This document shows positions 53,413 to 64,000 of a stretch of 64,000 nt of DNA, piece after piece. This DNA comes from Patellaria atrata CBS 101060 (Eukaryota), in assembly GCA_010093705.1 (NCBI GenBank), contig MU006117.1, forward strand, positions 1 to 64,000, read 5' to 3'. The notes beneath the pieces were generated by a model, which ran no database searches, was not told the origin of the DNA, and saw nothing but the letters and a program-made list of their open reading frames with translations. Position 1 is the stretch's first letter. Each line of letters starts with the position of its first letter. The translations under genes and the position numbers were made by a program.

Positions 53413-54360
53413 AGGAACGAAGGAGCTGATCAAAGACGGCCTTTGCTCAGCTATATATCAACTAGTGGATGCTAGGCCTTTCGTTTGAATTGACCGTTTC
53501 GAAGAGTAAAAGGATATTGGAGACGGATGGGGATCCGAGTTTCTATAGAAATCCTTGGTTGGCTTTATTTGGGTTTAGTTCTCTTGTCTCATCGGCAGAG
53601 GTTATGGAGTTTATTTAGAAGGCCCTACGGACGTTGGCTGGTTTCGGTCCTTTTCTCTTCATATATTGGCCATATCTTAATCAAAGGAGTCAGCTAACCT
53701 ATCGGTATATTTTAACTTGAAATAGTATATTGCGATGTCACACTCAATGCTTCCCTCAGTGAGATCTTCAGTTCCACATGACGCGAGAGGTGCATAAAAA
53801 CAGATATGCCCCGTCAGGCTGAAGCGAATAATGTACAGTGGCATCGATCCCGAGAGATTCAACTCCATAGGAGAGCAATGCCCCTTGGAGCCCCAGGGAT
53901 ATTGCAGTAATGCGTGTAACACTATTTCAGAGTCAATATTGCCCTGCTGAGATCAGAGAACAAAGATAGAATATTGTTTTGAGAATCTTGATACATCGCC
54001 TGATACAGTGCCCTGTTTGTATACAGTGGAAAGCCGTCTCTCGCGTTGTGATCATGCCATGCTCTTTGAGTAATTGAATCCCATTTCCTCCCTTTGTATC
54101 AGACCTAAAAATACCATACATTACCCGCTCCGATGGGAAGGATCTTGATCCTTGTTACCTTACTATAGCGGACCACGATACCGCCAAGCGCAAACATTGT
54201 CCATCTTCCATCGTTCCAGCTTTGTCGAGGAACTTAGGCAACAGGATGCTATACTTCTTGTATTATTAAGGATGATTCACGTGGTGGGTGGAAGGCAGGC
54301 CAATTCCTCCCCCTCTTCTTCCTCACGAAACAACCATCGGGTTACCACAATCTCCGCTCA

Positions 54361-55613
54361 ATGAACTCTCTGACTGACGCTTCCATCGATGATTTAGCTA
54401 CCCGCGCTATCATTAAATGGGCCGGTGATATCTAGTACGTCATCACCCGGTGATGGCCCTCCCAACCGAAATGAACTAACCGTGCTAATACCCGGCTTCT
54501 CCCAGACGGTTTCATCGAACTTCCAGGCGGCGAGGCTCCCCGAGTCCGAGCTCATTGCCGTTCTCAAAAGAGCAGAGTACGGGCTCAGACAGACCCAAAC
54601 AATCTCAGAGAACTAGGCTAACTCTACTGGATCCTCAGGCGGCGAATGACCTAGACGCTGATGATCTCCGGTCGATACTAGAGTCCGTTCACACATTTCA
54701 AATTTCTCTTGTCTATACTAACCTTTGATAACGCAGGGTCGCCATCCCCCCCCCCTGTCAAAAAAAAAACCAGGAAGATGACGATGAAGAATGTCGCGTA
54801 CTCGAAGCCCAAGCTCGTAAGGACTTGGAAAATGATGGGTATCCTCCCTGCTACCCGTCCACCTCGATGTTCCCGTAAGACACCTCCATGAGAAATACCG
54901 ACGGATAACAGAGTATTGGCGATATGAAACGGCAGATGATGTGTTCCTTTGCGTCCAGAGAGCGAATTGGCAATTATTTCGAACGGTTCAGCAAAGATTC
55001 CGAAATTATTATCGAAACAAATCATTCAGCATATTTGTGGACGAGGTTCGCAAGCGTCGGCGAGAGCATGGACTGGATGGTAACGTCCATCCACTGTTCG
55101 ATTGGCAGCAGCGGACTCGGCAACAGAATTGGATAGAGTTTCAGAACCATCATCTCGAACGTCATGAGGTTCAGAAAAAGGAACGTGATGAGCTGCGGAA
55201 AAAACCAGATGACGTTTAGAATAGAACCGGAGCTAAGGACGCCCTAAATGATGAATATGCAGCATCTCTCGGAGGCGCCTTAGAGCGGCAGCTAGAGTAC
55301 GCTGAAAGATCTATGCGATGACGCGAGGTTCTCCTGTAGTGGATTTAATAACAGCGACTTGCGATGGATCCACAGCCTCCAACACGTGTCGTAAAATGCG
55401 GTGATGACCAAAACGCCTCACCAAAAAGATCCTCCATTCGTCCGTGGTGGTCGGAGCGACAGAGCACTCCAGCGGTCCTTGGGAAAGTTAGGATTTCGAA
55501 ACCAACCGCAAGAAGCTAAAAGATACGGACTCGTACGCTCAAGGCTACAGCATCCAAGCTTAACCTCCACGACTCGGGCGTCGCGGCACCGAGCAGCGTT
55601 CAACAAATACTGA
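54361..55613 (+). pseudogene. Degenerate gene of an uncharacterised ascomycete protein family
   Basis: Protein-like blocks EAQARKDLENDGYPPCYP (~54810-54860), WQLFRTVQQRFR...VRKRRREHGLDG...QNWIEFQNHHL (54941-55219) and LL*WI**QRLAMD (~55330-55370), interrupted by stops and frame changes. Homopolymer C and A runs at ~54746-54769. Boundaries approximate. Confidence 0.55.
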
Positions 55614-56498
55614 ACCGCCGGGAAACAAAGCTTCGACGTGCCAAGAGAAGCCATTTGGTCCATTTCGTTCACAGAGAGTGGCAAATGCAAATCGGTTTGG
55701 TGATACTAGGACCAAATCACAATCAACGACACAGTGCAGCTGCGACGGGCGGACTCGGGACCCAGTAAAGCTTCAACGTGGATGAGCCCCACAGCGACCA
55801 CATTCTACATCTGGCATTATCAAGACCCGAAGTGAACGGGTATCAAGGCCGCTGGTAAGATGGGCCCCTGCGTAAAAGATAGTACCTCCCTTAAACATCT
55901 AGCACGCCTGTGAATGATGGCTAAGTGAATGGCTCCTAGAAAAAGGAAATGGAAGAGAGAATAGGGTCACGGCCATGAAATGATAATACTAATGGAACGA
56001 AAGTTGTGGTAAGGACGTTTAACCCGTCGACTTCTGTACATTGACCTCCCCCCTAGATCTATATCTAGGGATACATGAATAAAACGAACATTATTTGCTG
56101 GTTGAAGATGTGTGTCTCTGCTTTCTATATACGGACTAATAGTGACAGCAGCTGCACTCCACCAAGTTTCATCAAGTTATTGGTCTATGTATGGATATCT
56201 TACAGTTCACATAAAATACCAACAGGTATAGCTTCACAACGTCATCAGTACTTTTGCATTCTGGTGTGCTCATTATGAAACAAAAGATATCAGCGATACT
56301 AATTCCTAAATCACGTGAATCTGCACACATTCCCACATATCCCGACCCCACAGCTAGTAACATCTATCCGTCCGAACAATAACCGATCCAGGTCATGGTT
56401 TTTACGAGTTATACCAGGACCGCAGAGAACTCCTTTCCGCGCGGTTCTTCGTTTTTCCCGTAATAAAAGGACGGTGAGTACATGGTCCTATCTACGCT

Positions 56499-59073
56499 TC
56501 ACCCCCTAGAAGCTGTATTCCGAGTGGGTCGCGCTTCGTTAAGATTACCGGGGAAGGGCACATCACGTGCAATCCGATCCAGTCCTCTCTCTATGTGGAA
56601 CACAGGAGCAGCCGTACGGTTCCCCATGGATCTTTGAGTAGGGCTAAAGTGCGGAGCCGGCGCGACTCGGGGAGTTGATAAATCTGGAGGCCCCTGTACA
56701 GCTGAGGAAGTTGGAGGAGCCTGGGCAGTAGGAGAAGTTTGAGATACAGCCAACGCCGGAGGACCCGGTGGAGCATTTCCCCCTAGTCTAGACGTGCCCA
56801 CGCCTCCAATTCCTTGGGTCCCTGTGGATGTCACGGTCATAGGGCGCGAAGGAGCTCCATTTCTCAAGCTCCCTACAGACGACGCATGTGTCGGCGCCTT
56901 TGAGACCTTCCAAGCGTGCCCAGGCGTTAGAGAAACCGTGCATGCCGTTGTAAACGTAGTAGCAGAAGTCTGCATGGTGGCCCACAACTGACGTACTCTT
57001 TCCCCAGGTTTTGTGATAGGGACACTCCTTCCTTTGTTAGCGTCGATCCACTCGCACTCATCTCTGGCTTCGTGAGCAGCTCGCTGAATTTGTAGAAGAC
57101 CGTCCTGGACCCAGGGGGCGCGCTGGCCGTTGGCAGTGTGCGGTTGTTTGCGCAACCTCAGACGAACGAGGTTGGAGAGGGCTATGTTTGTTAGGATGAT
57201 GAGGCAACCGAAGACTATGATGAAGAAGAGCGCGAAAACATTTACATTGCTATGTGAGTGTTAGTATCTAGATTCATCAAAAAGCAATAGATCCTGGTAC
57301 TGACCTGAAGTTGCCGTTAACTCGAACCTTCTGAGCATGGCACAGAGCTTCCTCCGCGGTCCCGTTGGGTGGCACTATATATTGCGCATTATTGGGATCG
57401 ACAGGACCCGCAGCATGGAAGACAGCAAGTTTCTGTAGTCGCGCAAGAAATAGGTTGTGCCAATCTTCCACCTCGATTGTCCAGTGATTTTCAGGCAATC
57501 CGGACTGCACAAAGCTGCCCGTAAGTGAGTTTCGAGCGACCAATGGCGCCGATGATTGCAGTCCAACTTGGCGTACAGTGTTTTCCCACCATATGACGTT
57601 CTGAGAAAACAAGTATGCGGTCGCATTTTGAAATGAATTCAACTCCAACGAGTCGAATCCCTTCTTTGCAAGTACGATTCCGGTCAAATCACCACATCTG
57701 TCGGCTTTGGGATTGCAGAATTGGTACTAAACGAGGCTATATCAGTAATTGTGTGCGTGTATAAAGATTTAGGAAGTTCACTTACCTGTTCGGCGCAACC
57801 TAGCACTGTTGCTGGGAAATCAGCGGCATAAACAGATAAAGATTCATTGGACGTGGGCATTCGTCTATGGGCCGCGAATATCGGATCGTCGATAGGTGTA
57901 AGAGATATCACGCTATTCGACAAAAAGAAAGCTACGTTGACATCCGCATCCCGACGTTGAAGCTCGGGAATTGCGGTAAAATCCATATCAATCTGACCTG
58001 CTTGGTCCTCATACGTACTATGCTTGGGTTAGCCGCTTTATGTAGAGGTACAAATACATGGTATAATTGTAGTAATTCAGAATATCAACTTACTCAACAA
58101 TATAATCCCTCGTAGTATTGGTAATAATCCAGTCCAATATGAGAGTAATATTAATGTCAGCTAACCCGTGAGGCCCGTAATGATATACACTTGCAGTAGT
58201 GTTAGGCATGTCCATTGATAGTCCCCCAGCTGTAAGTTTCATCTCGGAAACATGTCCTTCTTGTGACAGTGGGGTACAGCTCAGAACTTTGCGGAACTTG
58301 ATGCGGTCTTCTTCCCGGGCATTGATCCCGAATATCTCCATGGAGTCCAAGTAACCAGAATCAAATGTGACTACTGGATAAGTAGTACACATACTTTCGT
58401 CGAAAGGACAAGCGCTGTGCTCGAACCGAGTAGATTTAATGTTCCTGGAAGCATAGTCATTACATCGGGTTGGGTCATCAGTTTCGCCGTAGCAGCCTCT
58501 TGAGTATTGTATGCTTTCGGTAATCGATGTCTGGAGCTCATTCCGGGTCGCTCTAGTGAATGAATCCGCATAGGCCTCTTTTGCGGTCACTGGTTTTGGC
58601 CGCATCCACGTCCCGCATGAGGAGCTCTGGACAAGCACTTCGATGTTGGTGGTGCGAACGACATATGCTGAGAAGATAGCCGCTACGAGAAACCCAACCA
58701 TGAACACTCCTCCCAGAATGAAATATCCACATGTCCGTTGAAAAGGCTTGCGTCCGTTTTTTCGCCAGTACCATCCCAACTTCAAGAATTCGAAGGCAGT
58801 TGAAGCTGGGGAGCCACTGTTCCGTAAGAGGACCTGTCGTTGTCTGCTGAATACGTCTGTGTACTGTGATTTATTATCTAATTGGAGGTTGTACAGAAAG
58901 AAGCAGATAAGATCCCAGAGATGGCTGCCAGTGAATTGGACAAAGAGTGCTAAGAAAGCGACTAGGACAGTTCCACCGGAGGATGTAAGAGTGATAGTAG
59001 AACCTAAAACTCGGCCCTGGGCCCAATTGATCCAAAATCCGACAAACACACGATCTGTGAAGCTTAGAGTCAT
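56499..59073 (-). CDS. Conserved-type fungal hypothetical membrane protein, 794 aa, 4 exons (59073-58094, 58017-57786, 57726-57305, 57249-56499)
   Basis: Canonical GT..AG introns with branch sites splice in frame (2385 nt). Motifs VGFWINWAQGRVLGSTITL, CPFDESMC, DSGYLDS..FGINA, LGCAEQ|YQFCNP, HWTIEV, WVQDGLLQIQRAAHE. Hydrophobic segments at the N-terminus and near the C-terminus; Pro/Ser-rich tail. Confidence 0.88.
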
Positions 59074-60347
59074 GCTGTAAGGTAGTGTAGTCGATTGTCC
59101 TCTTAGAACCAATGCTTCCTCTGTGGGAGGGCTGAAGATTTTATATTACCCATATCTCTACATAACTCATGAAAGATAAGAACTTTGTCGCTAAAATCTT
59201 CTCCAACACCGAGGAAGGCAGCTCTATTCCATCTCCAAGATCGTCTTGCGTCGCAGGGCTGAATTCTATCATATGCAGAAGCAGAGAATGACGGCTTCAG
59301 GACCCCGAATCGTTTGGGAGCCGAACTTCTGAACCTATAGTGTCAAGCATGTGCGAATACTCAAACTTTTGAACTTAAAGATCTGTGATCAGTAAGCCAT
59401 GCTTTAACGATAATGAAACAGTGGAGAAGAAGAGGCGGTTCAAGGGGGCGAAATTCGTGGACTTTGCTGATTAACTCAGCCCCGTTGGTTGCAACAGCAA
59501 ACTTCAAAATCGGTGTCGCTTTAACGATGATGGCAAATCAAAACTCGTAGCCCTTTTTTTTCTTGTTGTTACACTAGACTTTTCTCTCTCATGCATGAGC
59601 CATCGTTTTCATAACTGGAAACTACCATAACAGGATGTGGCGGCTCGATTGCGTAATGGGGTAGATGTCCGCTTAAAGCAGGGATGCAATAGAGCAACGA
59701 TATCTATGGTTTATCTACGGTGCAATAATTCTAATTAGTTCGTTAGCCTTGAGAAGCATCATTTACTCGTTTCGCAATAGTCAAATACTTCTTGGAACAG
59801 TCGCCTCAACCCTCTAACGCGCATCTCCGTCTACATGCGATACTGATGACCCGATCCTGCTTTCTTTCTGATTACCAAGGGAGGAACGACAAGATAGTCC
59901 GATCGAAGAGCATAGAACAATCTGACCCGAGTTGAAATAGGAGTTGAAAAAGAAGAGTGGTACGTGTTACCACCTTACATCTCTTTCCCAGCGATTTGAA
60001 GCGTTACTTTGAATATGCTTCTACACTTGTCGAACATTACTTGGTCGCCTGTGATATTGGGAGTATGAGTAAATTCTACGGTGTAAATTTCCTAAATATC
60101 AAAATATTTGTACAGTCGTGGGTCCATTGTACGGTATCATTCTTCCTATACAATAAAGCAGGAGGTCCTTGTATGAGTGAATTTACAGCAGGCGGGAATG
60201 TTATCGTAAGGGGAGAATACTAAGGAAGGACATTAAAACGATGTTGCGGAAGTTATTGTGGAGGGACTATCTGACACAATACGTCTATAGGTACGTAGCC
60301 CACACAAGCACCAATGCACCCACTCTTGCTATCCTCTCATCTTGAAG

Positions 60348-62547
60348 CTATCCCTTGCCAATTTCTTGCTTCACCACCTGTCTCGCAACGTCAATAATCT
60401 GTTTTTCAAACGGTACATACCGCTCAACCTCCCTTCTTGCGTTCTCAACCCTACTTTGTACTCTCTTACCCCTCAATAATACCAAGGCAATTATCACCAG
60501 TGACCAGCTTCTTAATTTAACAGCTTTAGCCCACCGAACAAGCATATTGACCCACCACCCAGACCCACCTCCTTTGTAATCAATCCCTCGGGAGCCGAAC
60601 AAAACCGTTTCCCACCAAAAAGTGCTTGCGAGACCAGGCCAACTCGTCACATTTTTCCCATGCTCGTTAATGTAAAAGTGACTGCATTTAGCTTTCGAAA
60701 TCGAGGACTGTAGTCGGGCTTGTAGATTTGCATTGTACTGGTCTTCAATAGCTTGCCGAACTTCAACCCTTATGCCTCGGTTATCAAGAATTGGGCTGAT
60801 CAGGACACGGGAGATGTATGACATGGAAACCTCACTAGTGAATAGGGGTGAATTACGGGCCGGAAACGTGTTCGGACCGAATAACTATATCCAGGATCAA
60901 TATGTCAGTTCCTATGCTTTTCATGTCTACAAGCGCCCATAATTTGTAATAGTATTTCTCGTAATTGAACGACAGAAGTGAGAAAAATGTTGGATAAGAA
61001 AACACATACTATTCCAAAGTTCGGAAATCCTGCCACCAACGACCCCCAATATGCTTGAGGCCCCCTAGTCTCTTTCCAGTACTGTTCTAACGAAACATTC
61101 TCTCTGGCACCAAAGATAATTCCCCAAGCTGAGGACTGGTTTTCGGAGAGTTTGGTCGCAAGGATAATGATGTCAAACTCAGACTCCTCATCATTGGTGC
61201 CGATTATTCCTGTTTCGGTGAATTCTTTGATGGTTTGAGAAATCGCTTTCTGCTTGTCCATGGGTGAACTAATCTCTTCAAGTTTTGACGTCCGGTTCAT
61301 GATGTGCGTGTCCGAGCTATAATGTTCGACTAGATTATCATTTTCTAGGAACAGTTCAAGCCGATGTAATCGCAAATAGAGCGGTAGCCATCTGTACAAT
61401 GATTGCGTAAAGGTGCCGATCTTCTTATTATGCGTCTGGCTGCCCGCGTGCAGACTTCGAGTATACCTAGGGGGAAAGACAAGTTAAAACTGCTTGTAGT
61501 CTGCTGGATACGACGTTCCTGTTTGACTGTACGCGTACTATAAGAATACGCTGACCTAAGCTATACAGAGGTGTAAAAACACGTGCGAAATAAATCCAAA
61601 AGTAAGCTGCTGCATAGTAGGCATACGACTAAAAAAAAAAAAAGTGAATCATGAAAAGGTAAGAATCATATCCGTTGAAGACTTACCGTTTAACTACCCT
61701 TGCACTGTGAGACACACTCGACACCAGCTTTGCAGTATTAAAGCCGTTGTCAATGATCGCGACCCTCTTGTTTTCAAAGGCCTTTCGCTCATAACCTCTC
61801 CATTCCTCTGGCCAGGGCGTCGTATAAATCGTCCTTCCCTTGAATTTTTTGAGATCTTGGAAATTGAAGTCTGTCGAAAGACTTATTCCGCCCATGGCAG
61901 AGATAAGAATAGTGCAAAATCTTACAAACTGGATGCCCGTCTTTAAGTCTTTCAGCTGAATATGCCATGTATTCTTATCTTCAAGCCATATCGCACGGAT
62001 CATTTCGATAGATGCATGAATGTGAGGTCGTAAATTGAACTTTTCAACTGTCGTGTTCACGTAATCCAGAATCTCAGCATGATCACAAAATTTCCGACTC
62101 CAGTACGGATTGGGGTTAAAACTGAAGCTGTACAGATGGGTTGGGACATCAGCACCACCTTTAAATTTGAAGTTAGTATTCCTGCTAGGTATTGGAGTTC
62201 AGTATGATTTCCTACATCCTTGATACTTATTTGTAACCCACGTCCCTCCAATCTGGTCAGACTTCTCATATATCTATTACGGTGTTAGGGTGTTCGAGTT
62301 AGTGTGCATTTTAGCCTACGGTGAAATCGTGAAAACCGAGCTCCCACTTCAAGTGATGGGCCATTACGATCCCAGAAGGGCCGGCCTAGAGATGGTTCAT
62401 TATCGGTTTTAGTTATGGTAATAATAAACTCACCCCAATGATGATTATAGAGGGAACATCCCTCATTTCCTGTCCTACAACCGAGAGCAAGGTCTGACCA
62501 GCTACAGTCATGAGAGTGCCGCCGAGGAGGCCTGATGCGACTTCCAT
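60348..62547 (-). CDS. Baeyer-Villiger/FMO-like flavoprotein monooxygenase homolog, 567 aa, 6 exons (62547-62434, 62385-62320, 62273-62216, 62158-61687, 61466-61010, 60884-60348); catalytic motifs degenerate
   Basis: IIIGAGPSG, YEK...IGGTW..NKYQGCGADVPTHLYSFSF, GFPNFGILFGPNT, SWPG. Five GT..AG introns splice to a stop-free 1704-nt frame. Confidence 0.88.
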
Positions 62548-63718
62548 CGTATTAAAGCAATGGGAAGGAGATCATGGGTCAGCAAGTGGAGCCAACGGAT
62601 GAGCTTTGTTACAAAGAGGTAAAGAAAGCCCTAACACCAATCTAATGTATAGGTGATGATAATGCAAAGAGATAAGACAGGAGAACCTTGAAGTAGAGAA
62701 TTAAGAGATCGCCTAAGGTGAAGACTGATACCTGAAGCAAAGTGTAACCGCCCTAGATTAAGATATAGATTCAGGGTAAGGTTAGTACCTTAAAGTAGAT
62801 ACTGGGCTGGATGAGATGATACCCTAAACACCCCCGCACTTCAGCGAAGCTAATTGGGACGTCAGCTAGAGCGGACAAACGATGGCGCATAGCGTAGAAC
62901 CAAGTCCTTAGAGCTGGAACCTCCTAACTTTATTTCAACGGTTCGACAGAATATAGCTGAATATTTGCCTCGGCTAATATTACGGACTTAGCTAATCTGT
63001 TCAGGGCCGAATGCTCTTCTAGATGACGGATCAGATATCTAGACGACTGAAAGATACTTGTATGTTCCCACAACTGAAGAGGGAAGAGATATCCGAAGTA
63101 ATCCAGTGCCAGATGGCTGAAGTAGAAGCAGTGGTTAAAAAGCAACATCAAAATCATGATCCCACCTATATTGTTATATGGGGGTTGCTTTTGGTATCAT
63201 TTTGATCTCTAGATCAAGCTGATTATCAGGATCATGTCCAATACTGGTATACAGCATTGCGCTGTTGACAGTGGGCGCTGAAGAAAACTTCGCACACTGC
63301 TTAGCCAGATTGGCAGAGTTTTCATCGTGCCAAGATCACTTTCTTACAACTAAAACCCCACCAGACACAACCCACAACAGATATAACCCATAACAGACCA
63401 AAAACTCAACTGCAAGGCAGGAGAGGGAAATACAATAGGGCTATAAGCCCTAGTAAAATAAGGAAATATGTATGGCTAAAACTGGTATAAGATATAACTG
63501 CAGGATGGAGGGAAGAGATTTTCTTTCATATTGCAAAACAGATCAAATACAGGAGCATTCCTCTTATACTTCTACTAGATATATTATTTGCCCTTTCAGG
63601 GATTTATGTCCATAGGGAAGTCGCGCCATAGCTTGAAGGCTGCATGCGCAGTATTGTAGGTAATACAATACAATTGAGTTTAAAAAAAAAAAAAAGGGCG
63701 AAGATACGGACGTCTTTC

Positions 63719-63818
63719 NNNNNNNNNNNNNNNNNNNNNNNNNNNNNNNNNNNNNNNNNNNNNNNNNNNNNNNNNNNNNNNNNNNNNNNNNNNNNNNNNN
63801 NNNNNNNNNNNNNNNNNN
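63719..63818. other. Assembly gap (N run)
   Basis: 100 N. Confidence 1.
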
Positions 63819-64000
63819 AAAAGAAGCAGTGGGTTTTCTAAGAATGGTCTGAACGAAAGTATCTACCCGACATAAGTATTTAAACACGCTGTAATCCTGG
63901 GAAAGGCCCCCCCTCGCGGAAATGCTGATATCGAACAAAGCCCTAGCAGGAGCACTCCAAACACCCCCTTAAAGTAGAAGTATACATAGAAACTTTTACA

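Noticed and set aside
53677..54364. Short ORFs here and at 59957-60223 and 62930-63205
   Set aside because: Short, with no recognisable motifs or consistent splice structure.
56499..59073. Cytochrome P450 label that I recall being attached to similar proteins
   Set aside because: No heme-binding Cys motif or other P450 signature is visible.
50904..64000. Starship element or secondary-metabolite cluster
   Set aside because: No tyrosine-recombinase captain and no PKS, NRPS or terpene synthase gene in the window.

Overview
Filamentous-ascomycete (Pezizomycotina-type) genomic DNA in two compartments. (1) 1-~50.4 kb is an AT-rich block of RIP-mutated, nested transposons. It contains three families of chromodomain-bearing Ty3/Gypsy LTR retrotransposons, which I label A, B and C. 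A (272/262-bp LTR) has 5 copies or fragments, B (198-bp LTR) has 3 copies, and C (~530-650-bp LTR) has 2 copies plus a solo LTR. There is also a 3'-truncated Fot1/pogo DNA transposon whose terminus carries a 9x17-bp GC-rich array. LTR ends and 5-bp TSDs resolve the nesting: A into B twice, C into A twice, B into pogo. (2) ~50.9-64 kb is GC-balanced. It holds a probable RIP-leakage pseudogene, a CorA-like membrane protein gene, a degenerate hypothetical gene, an intact 4-exon membrane-protein gene, and a 6-exon Baeyer-Villiger-type flavoprotein gene whose frame is intact but whose NADPH/catalytic motifs are degenerate or missing. The most unusual items are a ~370-aa Gag extension in family C with repeated H-x7-C-x4-C-x2-H motifs, an antisense ORF overlapping the end of C pol, and the possible pseudo-enzyme BVMO. 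No prokaryote-type system (CRISPR etc.) is present. All calls were made by eye; nothing was database-searched.
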